In this document: one piece after another, positions 35,932-46,173 of the stretch
Numbering within the stretch: the first letter of the stretch is position 1
How the letters are laid out: every line of letters begins with the position of its first letter
Assembly: GCA_009777935.1 (NCBI GenBank)
Contig: WRKU01000006.1
Span: 7,249 to 71,248 of the forward strand
Reading direction: 5' to 3'
Length of the DNA stretch: 64,000 bases
From: Coriobacteriia bacterium
GTDB taxonomy: Bacteria; Actinomycetota; Coriobacteriia; WRKU01
Made by a program: the position numbers and the translations under genes
The notes under the pieces: model-generated
Databases searched by the model: none
Seen by the model: only the letters and a program-made list of their open reading frames with translations
Told to the model about the DNA's origin: nothing

Positions 35932-35972
35932 GTATGCGACCTTTTATCAAAATCGACCTATACTGGTGATTT
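35932..35972. repeat. 41-bp direct repeat, copy 2
   Basis: Identical to 34265-34305. Confidence 0.95.
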
Positions 35973-36035
35973 TGAGCCTATATATGCTGAGAAATCAGAC
36001 GTCGAGGCAGAAGCTGTTTTTACTTGACAGCGAAC

Positions 36036-37646
36036 TTATTCTGTAGCAATCCTCGGGAACAGCGAATCGCCCTTAGTAACCGTATTCCCTACCGGCAGCT
36101 GCCCCCACTGCGTTGCGGCAGCAAGGTCATCAACGGCCCAGATATCACCGAGTGAAAGCCGCTCGAATACCTGCGCACTCGTGTTTGGCATTACCGGCGC
36201 ACAGTACAACGCTGCGATACGCACTGTTTCGAGTGCATTGTAAAGCACCGCGTATAGCCGTGGTAGTGTCGCATCATCTTTTGCAAGCGCCCACGGTGCA
36301 GACTCTTCGAGATAGCGATTCGTCGCCTTGATAAGTTCCCACGTCGCCTCAAGCGCACCGGCGTAGTCGAGCTTAACCATACGCTCCTCGACCATTGCAC
36401 CAAGCCCGGCCGCTATTTCGCGCAGCTCGGCACCCTCAGCAGCATCGGCATAGCCGCTCGCATCGGGCACAGCACCATCGCAATATTTGCCCACCATATT
36501 GAACAGCCGCGAACACAGATTACCCCAGTCGTTGGCAAGGTCGCCGTTATACCGCTGCACCATTGCTTCGTGCGAGATTGAACCGTCGGTACCAAACTGC
36601 ACGTCGCGCAGGAAGTAATAACGATAGCCATCGACGCCGAACTGTTCGACGAGCTCGGCCGGAGTCTGCGCGTTACCCTTGCTCTTGCTCATCTTTTCAC
36701 CCTTCGTGAGCAAGAACCCATGAGCGAAAACACGCTGAGGCAGCTCAAGGCCGGCCGCCATCAAAAGTGCCGGCCAAATGATACAGTGAAAGCGGATGAT
36801 GTCCTTGCCGACGTAGTGGAGCTGTGCCGGCCAACGATGTGCAAATTCGGCAGCGCGCGCCTCAGCGTCCGCGGCATTCTTGTCGGTGCCGTACCCGATT
36901 GCGCTGATGTAATTGATGAGCGCATCGAACCAGACGTACATCGTGTGTGATTCATCCCATGGCAGCGGGATGCCCCACTTAACGTTTGAGCGCGAGATGG
37001 AGATATCGTCGAGCCCACGCTCAACGAACGAACGTACCTCGTTCATGCGCGTCTCCGGCGCAACATGCGCGAGGCCATCGGACGTACTGTCGTACCATTC
37101 CAGCAGCTTATCGGTATATTTTGAGAGCTTAAAGAAGTAGTTTTCCTCGGTAACGAACGTGAGTGGACGTGTGCAATCCGGGCACATACGCTCGCCAGCT
37201 TCGTTGGCTGGCTCAAGGTTTGCCTCGGCCCAATAGGTCTCATCGGGCAGACAGTACCAGCCCTCGTACGTGCCGGCGTAGATGTCACCGCTCTCGTAGA
37301 GACGACGCGCCAGCTCTTGAACCGCATGCGTGTGTGTCGGGTCGGTCGTGCGAATGAACTGATCGTTGCTTATTGAGAGCATGCGCCACGTCTCTTGGAA
37401 CTCACCGGCAAGCCTATCGACCCACTCGCGTGGCGTCACGCCGGCTGCCGTTGCGGCCTGCTCGACCTTCTGCCCGTGCTCGTCGAGGCCGGTTAAAAAC
37501 CATACGTCGTAGCCGGTCATGCGACGATACCGCGCCATCGCGTCTGCGGCAATCGTCGTGTACGCCGTGCCCAGATGCGGCACGCTGTTCACGTAATAGA
37601 TTGGCGTAGTAAGGTAAAACGACGGTTTTTCCGGCTTTGTGCTCAT
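36036..37646 (-). CDS. metG: Methionyl-tRNA synthetase (short form)
   Basis: TTPIYYVN, HLGT, YVWFDAL, KMSKS. Confidence 0.97.
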   Translation of the reverse strand: MSTKPEKPSFYLTTPIYYVNSVPHLGTAYTTIAADAMARYRRMTGYDVWFLTGLDEHGQKVEQAATAAGVTPREWVDRLAGEFQETWRMLSISNDQFIRTTDPTHTHAVQELARRLYESGDIYAGTYEGWYCLPDETYWAEANLEPANEAGERMCPDCTRPLTFVTEENYFFKLSKYTDKLLEWYDSTSDGLAHVAPETRMNEVRSFVERGLDDISISRSNVKWGIPLPWDESHTMYVWFDALINYISAIGYGTDKNAADAEARAAEFAHRWPAQLHYVGKDIIRFHCIIWPALLMAAGLELPQRVFAHGFLLTKGEKMSKSKGNAQTPAELVEQFGVDGYRYYFLRDVQFGTDGSISHEAMVQRYNGDLANDWGNLCSRLFNMVGKYCDGAVPDASGYADAAEGAELREIAAGLGAMVEERMVKLDYAGALEATWELIKATNRYLEESAPWALAKDDATLPRLYAVLYNALETVRIAALYCAPVMPNTSAQVFERLSLGDIWAVDDLAAATQWGQLPVGNTVTKGDSLFPRIATE

Positions 37647-38407
37647 GACAACCCTTCGTACTTGTCGAGGTGGACGCGAGGGATGCGTTCCCGGCGCGGT
37701 GCCTCGATGATGATGACAATTTCGCCTTTTATACTATCACGAGCAGCGAACGTGGCGGCGAGTTCAGGCAGGGTGCCGCGCACGACCTCCTCGTGGAGCT
37801 TCGTCAGCTCGCGCACCACGGCGGCACGACGACGCCCGGCACCGAATACTGCCGCACAGGTCTCAAGCGTACGTACGAGGCGGTGAGGCGATTCGTAGAA
37901 GATGAGTGTGGCGTCGGCAAAAACAGCATCCGGCAAGGCAAGTGCCTCGAGTGCCTCACGCTGTGCCTTTGCCTTGCGCGACAGAAAGCCGCCAAAATAG
38001 AACGTATCGCTCGCAAGACCGCTAGCCGTTAGTGCTGCAACAAGCGCAGACGGCCCGGGAATGACCGTCACCGGTACGGACGCAGTAGTAACCGCTTCAG
38101 CCTTCGCAGCCATCAGCACGGCATCTATGAGTGTCTGGCCTGGGTCACTCACCCCCGGTGTACCGGCATCGCTTACAAGTGCAATATCCTCACCGGCAAG
38201 CACCCGCTCAACGATTACGGGAGTCTTCGCGTAAGCGGTGTGCTCATCGAATCGCTCAACACGAGGAGTGGCGCCGATATGCGCAAGAAGCTTACCGGTC
38301 ACACGTGTGTCCTCGGCAAGCACCGTCTCGACCTCACCAAGCACTTCGCGTGCCCGCACACTCAGGTCGCCCAGATTACCAATAGGTGTTGAGACTACAT
38401 ACAGCAT
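37643..38407 (-). CDS. rsmI: 16S rRNA (cytidine1402-2'-O)-methyltransferase
   Basis: LYVVSTPIGNLGD, VSDAGTPGVSDPG, YESPHR, RELTKLHEE. Confidence 0.96.
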   Translation of the reverse strand: MLYVVSTPIGNLGDLSVRAREVLGEVETVLAEDTRVTGKLLAHIGATPRVERFDEHTAYAKTPVIVERVLAGEDIALVSDAGTPGVSDPGQTLIDAVLMAAKAEAVTTASVPVTVIPGPSALVAALTASGLASDTFYFGGFLSRKAKAQREALEALALPDAVFADATLIFYESPHRLVRTLETCAAVFGAGRRRAAVVRELTKLHEEVVRGTLPELAATFAARDSIKGEIVIIIEAPRRERIPRVHLDKYEGLS

Positions 38408-38440
38408 AGATATCAGTATAATGGTTACTGGTAGAAGCAT

Positions 38441-39106
38441 ATGAAATCAAGTGGAGTAACCAAACAACCTAAGATGCGCTCTTCTCAAAAGAAGCACAAA
38501 AAATGGCTTGTGGCCGCCATGGTCATCCTTTGTATTGCGCTCGGATTCGTACTTTACCTCGCCGCTTCCATTTGGTCATTTGGCACGTATGACGAAATTG
38601 TTGAAGCAGATGTTGTCATCGTCTTGGGTGCCGGTACCGATGGCTACCGTCCTTCTCCGGTATTCCGAGAGCGTCTTAACCATGCTATCCAGCTCTATCA
38701 AGATGGCTTCGCAGACAAGATAATCCTTACCGGCGGTATTCCGGAAGGTGCCCTCAGATCGGATGCATCAATTGCGCGAGATTACATTGTCTCAAAAGGT
38801 ATACCCGAACAAGACGTCCTCATCGAAGAACAATCCATGTTCACTCATGAAAATCTGCAATACGCTAAGAAAATTATGGAAGACAATGCATTGGAAACTG
38901 CGCTCATCGTAAGCGACCCTATCCATATGAAGCGAGCAATATTGGTCGCACAAGATGTCAATATCGAAGCATACTCTTCACCGACAAGAACAACACAATA
39001 CGCCACACTTAAAACACAGTTACCGTTTCTCGCACGAGAGACATTCGTCCATATTGGATATCAGATTTACCGAATATTCAATACAAGCTTACTAGCTTTT
39101 ATTTAA
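38441..39106 (+). CDS. YdcF/DUF218 family protein
   Basis: VIVLGAG, IILTGG, THENL, VSDPIHMKRA, RE motif; lower GC. Confidence 0.9.
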   Translation: MKSSGVTKQPKMRSSQKKHKKWLVAAMVILCIALGFVLYLAASIWSFGTYDEIVEADVVIVLGAGTDGYRPSPVFRERLNHAIQLYQDGFADKIILTGGIPEGALRSDASIARDYIVSKGIPEQDVLIEEQSMFTHENLQYAKKIMEDNALETALIVSDPIHMKRAILVAQDVNIEAYSSPTRTTQYATLKTQLPFLARETFVHIGYQIYRIFNTSLLAFI

Positions 39107-39128
39107 GCGAGAGCTACGCAAACATAAG

Positions 39129-39153
39129 ACTTAGACGAAAGCTGGTGTGCTCG
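39129..39153 (-). repeat. Intergenic copy of CGAGCACAC-N7-CGTCTAAGT motif
   Basis: Same gapped motif as in lpdA and nfnB. Confidence 0.65.
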
Positions 39154-40977
39154 CTATCCGATTTCGTGTAAGGTATAGCGACGTGTGCCGAGGCCGAACT
39201 CCTCACCATAGCTGATGACGCGCGTGCCATCGGTACCGTGGATTTTGGTAAACTTGTCGACGCCTGCACCCATGTCTTCGGCACGTGAGCCGACGTTGCC
39301 AACCGCCTGCACAATAAGATCGTAAGCTGCCTGATCGATAGCAACCATATCACGGCTTGCCATCAGTCCAATATCGGGCACAAGCGGCGCATCGGAGTAA
39401 CGCCAGCAATCGCACTCGGGCGTAATGTTCGTCAAAAACGACAGGTAAATCATCTTGTTGCGCTTGGCTCGCGCGACACCAGCTGCATGTTCAACCATCT
39501 TCTCCTGCATGACGTTCGGGTCGGTCTCAAGCGAAATAGCAATCGCATCTGTGTTGCATGCCGCGACACACTCGCCGCACCCATAGCATGTGCTATAGTC
39601 GATACGCGCTGCGCCCATCGAGTCGTCAATCGTAATGGCCTGCACCGGACACCACTGTACGCAACGATTGCAGCGCGTGCATTTGGCCGCTTCAACCATA
39701 GGTTGTACATCGGAGTGCATACGCTGTTTCGCCGAACGCGAACCCAGTCCCATACCCACGTTTTTGACCGCGCCACCAAAGCCCGCGACGCCATGGCCCT
39801 TCACATGGCTGATGACAACCATCGCATCGGCCTCCACAGCAGCCGAACCTATCCGTACCGTCGGACAGTGTTTACCGTCGACGCGCACGTCGATAAAATC
39901 ACGCCCGTGTAAGCCGTCGGCAACGATAAATGGTGCCTCGACGGTCGCGTAGCTAAAACCATTGTGGAGCGCACACTCGGTATGATCGACGGCGTTAGCA
40001 CGCTGCCCACTGTAGAGCGTGTTTGCGTCGGTCAAAAACGGGCGTCCGCCGAGTTCCTTGACGAGTTGCACGACCTTACGCACATAGATAGGACTGACGA
40101 ATGCCGTGTTGCCCGCCTCGCCACAGTGAATCTTGATAGCAACAAAATCACCCGGTGAAACAACTCCGGCGAGTCCGGCACGCTCTAACGCGGCACCGGC
40201 GCGCTCGACAAGCGAGCGTTTTTGCTCGGTGGCCATCGGCGCAAAGTACACATCGGCTCCGAGCTCGCTAGGACGTGCTTCAGGTTGCGACTGTGTTCCT
40301 ACTAACGTGTGCTCCGGTGAGTGCAGCGGGTGATGTTCGTCTTCTTCGAGCTCTTCTTCGAGCATATCCTCTTCATTCAGCTTGACGACCTCTTGGTACG
40401 CTGCTGAAAGTTCGGCGTTCTCGGCAAAGAGCGTTGAGGCTTCGGTCGGGCCTGGTTCAGGCTCTGCAATCGGTGGCTCGGGAAACTCTTCGGCAAGTTC
40501 GGGAACCTCGGCTGGATGAATCGGTTCGACTGCGGTAAGCGCGGCGATGTCCTCGTCGTTGAGGTGCTCATACTCGGGGACTTCGGTCGGTGCAACGGCC
40601 GCCGCTTCACGTGCATCGAGTTCCTCGCTCAGCGTCGAGCCATAGCCCGTCAAAAAACTCGGCATCGGGTACTGCGAGAGGGTCTCCGATGTCTCGGGAG
40701 TTTCTTCGATGGTATCTTCCTCGGCGACAACTGCCGTAGCGGTAGTGCTCGGACGGACGCCTTCCAGCACGTACTCGGCCATCGAGAGAGTAATCGGTTG
40801 CTGCTTGCGGTATGCGTATGCGCTCAGATTGATGAGCGCACTCTTGAGCGCTTGGTCGGTATATCGATGCTGCGCGATATAGCCGATGACTTCGTCAGGA
40901 ACGGTCAGCCCTTCGCGCGCAGCCTTGTCGCGCAGAATAATCTCGCGTTCCTCCGGAGACGGTGTCGGCCCTGCCAT
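39154..40977 (-). CDS. DUF362 Fe-S protein with N-terminal DnaA domain-IIIb-like region and acidic linker
   Basis: KIHCGE.GN, LTDANTLY, SHVKGH, GGAVKN, two CxxCxxCxxxC ferredoxin motifs, ECDC; N-terminus resembles the DnaA lid. Confidence 0.88.
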   Translation of the reverse strand: MAGPTPSPEEREIILRDKAAREGLTVPDEVIGYIAQHRYTDQALKSALINLSAYAYRKQQPITLSMAEYVLEGVRPSTTATAVVAEEDTIEETPETSETLSQYPMPSFLTGYGSTLSEELDAREAAAVAPTEVPEYEHLNDEDIAALTAVEPIHPAEVPELAEEFPEPPIAEPEPGPTEASTLFAENAELSAAYQEVVKLNEEDMLEEELEEDEHHPLHSPEHTLVGTQSQPEARPSELGADVYFAPMATEQKRSLVERAGAALERAGLAGVVSPGDFVAIKIHCGEAGNTAFVSPIYVRKVVQLVKELGGRPFLTDANTLYSGQRANAVDHTECALHNGFSYATVEAPFIVADGLHGRDFIDVRVDGKHCPTVRIGSAAVEADAMVVISHVKGHGVAGFGGAVKNVGMGLGSRSAKQRMHSDVQPMVEAAKCTRCNRCVQWCPVQAITIDDSMGAARIDYSTCYGCGECVAACNTDAIAISLETDPNVMQEKMVEHAAGVARAKRNKMIYLSFLTNITPECDCWRYSDAPLVPDIGLMASRDMVAIDQAAYDLIVQAVGNVGSRAEDMGAGVDKFTKIHGTDGTRVISYGEEFGLGTRRYTLHEIG

Positions 40978-41008
40978 ACGGTTCCCTCGAATTCGTGAAT
41001 CGCCGGTC

Positions 41009-42337
41009 TTAAGGATTCTTCGTTTCGACCGTCGGTGAAGCGAGAATCGAGTTGAGCGGCTGGGCAGCACCCTGCACGAAACCGGTGCTCTCGACGAGCG
41101 AAATGATGGCCATCTCATCCGCCATACTTGCACAATAGAGCACTACAAGAATATCGAGATTCGTGTCGAGAGAAGCACTCACCAGCACAAGGTTTGAGTC
41201 ACGTAGTGTTCGGAAGATACTGCGTGCTGCATACTCGGGATCGGCCATCGCCTGCTCGTTGAGCTGGAACGGAATTTCTGCACACGGATCGCCACCGCCA
41301 AACTCTTGCGAGTAGACGCCGTTAATGAACGAGATGTTGTTCGAGTACGCATACGCTGCCAGTGTAAATGCTATAACACCGATGACAACAATAACGATAA
41401 CGATGATGCCTTGTGGCGAGGTGAACGAGAACTTCCCGGATGATTTCTTCGGCGTATGCTTGCCTTGCGCTGATGCCTGTTTGGGCGCATGGTGTTTCGG
41501 TGCAGGCTTCTTCGGTGGCGTGTTGGCCGAGGCGCCGGCCTTCACTGATGCACTGCCCGATGCAGCGTCACCGCCTGAGGCTCCACTGCCAGAACCACGC
41601 TGACGCGCAATGATGGCAAAAAGTGCTATCAGCAAGGCAACGAGTGCCACCGCTAACACAATGAGTATCGCCGTAAAGTTATCGGTCGACCCTTGCTGCG
41701 CAGCCGCGCGTGAAAACGTATATTGCATTGTATAGGTTTCCCCGGCGGTGGCCGGCGCAATCGTCGTGCCATAGACCATGCCGTCAATACCCAGGCCTAA
41801 CGACGAGTAACCAACTTGATTTTCCATCGTCATCTCAAGCGGTGCCTCAACGCCCATCGTCAGCATATCGACATCGATGGCCGGCGTATACGAGAAACTT
41901 GCAAAACCCGTATCGGCGCCGGTCGAGGTCAGAAACGAGCCGGTTACCGAGGTTTCAAACTGCACCATGCGACTCTGCGTTAGATCCGCAAGGTAGATAT
42001 CGTACTCGCCGCGCGTCTCAAGAAGCGTATAGGTCGTCGTCGTGTCGTTGCTGCCCTGCGTGTCGTCCAATTCACCGACCCAGCGTATTTCAGCGCCCGC
42101 AGGAACGGCCACCGGAATCTGCGCCGGAAGCGGCGCGTCGTCGGGAAGCACCGTTACTACATGAAAGCGTAGCACCGGACTATTGGTGCCGATAATACCG
42201 ACATCAGTCCTTAATGCTCTGGTGACCGGCTGCGCACCGGCAAGCGCGGTGCCAAATAAGGTGCCGACGAGCACGAGCGTACCGATAAAAGCAGCAATGC
42301 TACCAAATCTACGAAGAGTGGGCAGTGAAACGGGCAT
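41009..42337 (-). CDS. Hypothetical membrane protein (exported domain, two TMs, possible HMA-like C-terminal domain)
   Basis: Signal/TM, G/S- and PKK-rich linker; local similarity to 7943-8743. Confidence 0.75.
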   Translation of the reverse strand: MPVSLPTLRRFGSIAAFIGTLVLVGTLFGTALAGAQPVTRALRTDVGIIGTNSPVLRFHVVTVLPDDAPLPAQIPVAVPAGAEIRWVGELDDTQGSNDTTTTYTLLETRGEYDIYLADLTQSRMVQFETSVTGSFLTSTGADTGFASFSYTPAIDVDMLTMGVEAPLEMTMENQVGYSSLGLGIDGMVYGTTIAPATAGETYTMQYTFSRAAAQQGSTDNFTAILIVLAVALVALLIALFAIIARQRGSGSGASGGDAASGSASVKAGASANTPPKKPAPKHHAPKQASAQGKHTPKKSSGKFSFTSPQGIIVIVIVVIGVIAFTLAAYAYSNNISFINGVYSQEFGGGDPCAEIPFQLNEQAMADPEYAARSIFRTLRDSNLVLVSASLDTNLDILVVLYCASMADEMAIISLVESTGFVQGAAQPLNSILASPTVETKNP

Positions 42338-42404
42338 GGGTCCTCCATCTTGTCACACGACGAACAGATACACGCATGTATAGAGTACTGATTGTAGCAT
42401 AAAG

Positions 42405-43517
42405 CTAGAAGTTGAGGCTGGCGAGTAAGGTCTCGTTAAAAGTGTCGGAGGCCGCAAGGTTGATGACGTCGACGGTGCCCTCGATGTCGGTCGATGCACC
42501 GCATGCGACCTTGCGCAGTCCTTCGAGAACGGCATTGGCCTGCGAGCCGGCGATGGTCGGCGCGCAGAACGCCGTAAAGTGCGCGTTGGCGAGGCTGCGT
42601 GGAAAGAGGCCGATGCTCGCTGCTGCCTCAACGTTCATCTTGAGGCCGAACGTACCGGCGAGTATGACATCGGCAACGAGCGCCGGGTCGATGTCGGCGT
42701 GCGCGAGCAGCCCCTCGATACCGGCACAGACGGCCGCCTTTGCCAGCTGGAAGTCGCGGATATCTTCCTGGACGAAGGGAGCCGCCATCGCCTCGTCGAC
42801 GATACGGCCTGACGCATCGATTGAGCCATAATGCAGGTACTGCGCAACATGGTTGATGACGTCGGTGCCACGCCACTTCGGGTTCGCGTGTGCGGTGACC
42901 CCCTCGAAGGTCGGGCCGGCCGGCACGCTTGTGGCGTAGAGGTGGGTGCCCGTGCGCAACATGATTTCGGCGTTTGTGCCCAAATCGATGAGGAGCTGTG
43001 CCGGCTCGTCAGGGGGTAGCACGGTCGCAAGATCGGTCGCAATGAGTGCCGCGCGCGCGTCGCCGCCGACAAAGTTTCCTATAGGCGAAAGAAGCTCCAC
43101 ACGCTCGTTGTGTTCGTCGGCCGGTTCGTAGAGTTGAGTCATCACCGTATTGCCGGCGGCGACCATGCGTGTGCACCGCGCGAGGAGCTTCTCCTCGTAG
43201 CCGGCTGCGGCATCGTGTATGGCGGCGGCGACGCTGCGGTGCGCGGCCTCGCGGAGCTCAGTGCGCGTCGTTTCTGCGGCAGAGTCATCGGTGCCGTCAC
43301 TGGTCGCGTGAGTCAGGCGTGTGAGAATATCGCGGCCGTAAAAGACTTGCTCGTTAGGGGCGCGACCGTAGGCAACGACCTTCCCGTCGGGCGCTCCGTC
43401 GTCACTGCTTGCGGCTTGATCGCTCGTCTTGTCGCTGCTTGTACGGTCGCAATCAAGAAAGGCGACCTCGATAAAGGTCGTCCCAATGTCGATGACGAGT
43501 GCGAGCTTTTCGATCAC
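42405..43517 (-). CDS. ASKHA/DUF4445 protein (RACo-type corrinoid activator), shortened
   Basis: IDIGTT, YGRDILTR, GNTVM, FVGGD, IDLGTNAE, AGPTFEG, QLAKAA, LAGTFG. Confidence 0.88.
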   Translation of the reverse strand: MIEKLALVIDIGTTFIEVAFLDCDRTSSDKTSDQAASSDDGAPDGKVVAYGRAPNEQVFYGRDILTRLTHATSDGTDDSAAETTRTELREAAHRSVAAAIHDAAAGYEEKLLARCTRMVAAGNTVMTQLYEPADEHNERVELLSPIGNFVGGDARAALIATDLATVLPPDEPAQLLIDLGTNAEIMLRTGTHLYATSVPAGPTFEGVTAHANPKWRGTDVINHVAQYLHYGSIDASGRIVDEAMAAPFVQEDIRDFQLAKAAVCAGIEGLLAHADIDPALVADVILAGTFGLKMNVEAAASIGLFPRSLANAHFTAFCAPTIAGSQANAVLEGLRKVACGASTDIEGTVDVINLAASDTFNETLLASLNF

Positions 43518-43891
43518 GCCATGCCCACCATGAGCTCGCGTCCACCGAGCACATGCACGTGCAGGTGAAAGACGGTTTGCCCGGCATCGACGCCGTTGTT
43601 TTGGACGATACGATAGCCTGACTCGTCGATGCCTTTGCGACGCGCAACCTCGTGTACAGCACCGAAGATATGGCCGAGCAGCTCAGGATCGGGCTTATCG
43701 GTGAGGTTGACGACGTGCTGCTTCGGGATGATGAGCGTGTGGACCGGTGCCTGTGGGGAGATGTCGTCGAAGGCAACGACGTAGTCATCCTCGTAGACGA
43801 GCGGCACATCGAGCTCACCTGCGGCTATCTTGCAGAAGATGCAGTCGGTGTCGACAGGGGTGTCGGGGGTTGCGGCGGGGGTTGCGCTCAC
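43514..43891 (-). CDS. HIT family nucleotide-binding protein
   Basis: CIFCKI, HLHVHVLGG. Confidence 0.95.
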   Translation of the reverse strand: MSATPAATPDTPVDTDCIFCKIAAGELDVPLVYEDDYVVAFDDISPQAPVHTLIIPKQHVVNLTDKPDPELLGHIFGAVHEVARRKGIDESGYRIVQNNGVDAGQTVFHLHVHVLGGRELMVGMA

Positions 43892-44118
43892 GAGAGCACC
43901 TCTTCGCCGGTCGCCGGTGCCGGCTCGACGTCACCAAGCAATGTCGTCACCTTTTGTTGTGCCGTTTCAAGCGTGACCTGTAGCTCCTTAATGAGTGTCA
44001 CACCACGCTCGTAACGCGCAAGACTTTCTTCTAGTTCAAGCTTGCCGCCCTCGAGGTCACGCACGATCGCCTCAAGCTCTTCGATGCCACGTGCAAATGT
44101 CTGTTTCTCTGCCATCAT
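43888..44118 (-). CDS. xseB: Exodeoxyribonuclease VII small subunit
   Basis: LEAIVRDLEGG.LELEESL..YERG. Confidence 0.95.
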   Translation of the reverse strand: MMAEKQTFARGIEELEAIVRDLEGGKLELEESLARYERGVTLIKELQVTLETAQQKVTTLLGDVEPAPATGEEVLS

Positions 44119-45407
44119 CTTTCCTTTCGTGTTGCTGCCTGTATGTCGGTGACGTTCGCCGTTATCGCGCCGTCGGCAACCTTGACCGTAATGTCGTCGC
44201 CGACGGTAACCTTCTCAACTGAGTCGACGACGCCGTTGGTAGCCGCGTCGAAGACTGCCGCGTATCCACGCGAAAGTACTTCGAGCGGACTGAGCGCATC
44301 GAGCTGAGCAACTGCGCGCGAAAAGCGGCTGAGCGCGGGCTGTATGAGACGCGGCCCGATAGCCTGTATGCGTGCACGCGTTGCCTCAAGAAGAGCCTCG
44401 TCGCGCGCGAGCCGTGTCGGTAACGCACGGCGCATGCGTTCGGCGAGCGCGTCAAGCGTGAGACTATCGTGAGCGAGACGCCCGGGGAGCGCGCGCTCCA
44501 GCTGTTGCTGGAGCGTATCGAGCCTCAAGGTGTATTGCTCGAGCAATACATCGAGATCGATACGCATCGCAAAGCCGCGCAGTACGCCGCGCAGTTCTTC
44601 GCGGTCGGGCACGACTGCCTCGGCAGCAGCAGTCGGCGTCGAAGCGCGCACATCGGCGACCATGTCGGCGATCGAGTGGTCGGGCTCGTGCCCGATGCCG
44701 GCGACGATCGGCGTACGCGCGGCCGCGATAGCGCGCGCCACCTCCTCAGAAGAAAACGGCAGCAGGTCCTCGAAGGAACCGCCGCCGCGCACCACAAGTA
44801 TGACGTCGGCGGTATCCTGCGCGCTCTGCGTGCTCTGTGCGTCGGCCGCCTCAATCGCAGCGGCGATCTGGTGCTCGACATCGGCGCCTTCGACGGCCGT
44901 GCCGTAAAACAGCACCTCGGCAACGGGATATCTGCGTGCGAGTGTGCGCAATACATCGTGAACGGCTGCACCGTTTGGACTTGTAACGAGCGCGATTCGC
45001 TCGGGGAACTCGGGCAGAGGCTTCTTGCGCTCATCGCTCATCAATCCTTCGGCCTCGAGCTTGCGTGCACGCGCGGCGACCTGCGCACGCAAATCCCCTT
45101 CGCCGGCGACCTTGATAGCACGCGGCATAAATGACATGCGTCCCTTCGCGGTGTAAACATCGAATGCGCCGTCCATCTCGACGAGCATGCCATCGCGTAG
45201 CTCGATGCCTTGGCTTGTGTAGACGTTCTTCCACAGAGTGACGTCCATCACGCTGGCGTCGTCTTTGAGCTGAAAGTAGAACGCGCTGTACGTCGAGTGT
45301 GGCTTGAAGCCCGTCACTTCACCAGCAACGCGCAGAGAAGCCGCACGCAACTTATCTTTGGCAATAGTGAGCGCAGCGGTGACACTCACGACGACAGGTT
45401 CGGTCAA
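44115..45407 (-). CDS. xseA: Exodeoxyribonuclease VII large subunit
   Basis: OB fold, VTSPNGAA, RGGGSFEDL, GIGHE, TPTAAAE, LSRGY; TTG start inferred. Confidence 0.95.
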   Translation of the reverse strand: MTEPVVVSVTAALTIAKDKLRAASLRVAGEVTGFKPHSTYSAFYFQLKDDASVMDVTLWKNVYTSQGIELRDGMLVEMDGAFDVYTAKGRMSFMPRAIKVAGEGDLRAQVAARARKLEAEGLMSDERKKPLPEFPERIALVTSPNGAAVHDVLRTLARRYPVAEVLFYGTAVEGADVEHQIAAAIEAADAQSTQSAQDTADVILVVRGGGSFEDLLPFSSEEVARAIAAARTPIVAGIGHEPDHSIADMVADVRASTPTAAAEAVVPDREELRGVLRGFAMRIDLDVLLEQYTLRLDTLQQQLERALPGRLAHDSLTLDALAERMRRALPTRLARDEALLEATRARIQAIGPRLIQPALSRFSRAVAQLDALSPLEVLSRGYAAVFDAATNGVVDSVEKVTVGDDITVKVADGAITANVTDIQAATRKER

Positions 45408-46138
45408 CTGCTGCTCCTCCCCAACCCGATGTAGTAGAGCAGGTACAGTACCGAAACGAGCGCGGCAGCGACATAGGTCAACGCAGCGGCATTGAGTACG
45501 CGGCGCGCGCCGGGAAGCTCGGCGCTCGTAAGAATGCCACTCGTCTGCAGCTGAGCAAGTGCGCGGCTGCTTGCGTTGAACTCGACAGGAAGTGTGACGA
45601 TCTGAAAGACGATGGCAAAGCTGTAAAAGATGATGCCGAGCCAAAAGAGCTGGAGCATGTTAAGGATGATGCCGACGAGGATGAGTATCCACGAGAGCGA
45701 CGATCCGAAGTTGACGACCGGCACAATCGCGCTGCGGATTTCGCCCCATACGTAACGCTCGGCCGTCTGCATCGCGTGGCCAACTTCGTGCGCGGCGACC
45801 GCGTTGGCGCTAATGGAGGAGACGCCGTAGACCGGTTTTGAGAGGCCGACGACGTTCTTACGTGGGTCGTAGTGGTCAGTCAAGTCGCCATCGACGGCAC
45901 GCACGACCACCGAAGTGCGGCTGGTTCCCGTTGCGGAAGCGCCTGTTTCGGTCATGCTCGCCGCAATACCGTTGGCCTGCAGAATACGCTCGGCAACCTG
46001 TGCGCCGGTGAGCCCGCCGACAGGGCGCACATTGCTGTAACGCTTGAAGGTGCGCTTTATGTAGAACTGTGCTGCACCCCCAAGGGCAACGGTCACGGCA
46101 ATCAGTATCAAAAAGTTTGGTGTAAACATCGTGAGCAC
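45404..46138 (-). CDS. Zn-dependent membrane metallopeptidase (YugP/Zn_peptidase_2)
   Basis: LTDHYDP, AAHEVGHA, TLPVEFNASSRA, AAALTYVA. Confidence 0.93.
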   Translation of the reverse strand: MLTMFTPNFLILIAVTVALGGAAQFYIKRTFKRYSNVRPVGGLTGAQVAERILQANGIAASMTETGASATGTSRTSVVVRAVDGDLTDHYDPRKNVVGLSKPVYGVSSISANAVAAHEVGHAMQTAERYVWGEIRSAIVPVVNFGSSLSWILILVGIILNMLQLFWLGIIFYSFAIVFQIVTLPVEFNASSRALAQLQTSGILTSAELPGARRVLNAAALTYVAAALVSVLYLLYYIGLGRSSS

Positions 46139-46173
46139 TCCTTCTGAATTCTCTCACTTATTTTAGCACGACT

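Noticed and set aside
40750-40977. dnaA gene or pseudogene marking oriC
   Set aside because: Only the lid-like segment is present, in frame with DUF362; no dnaN or DnaA-box cluster seen nearby
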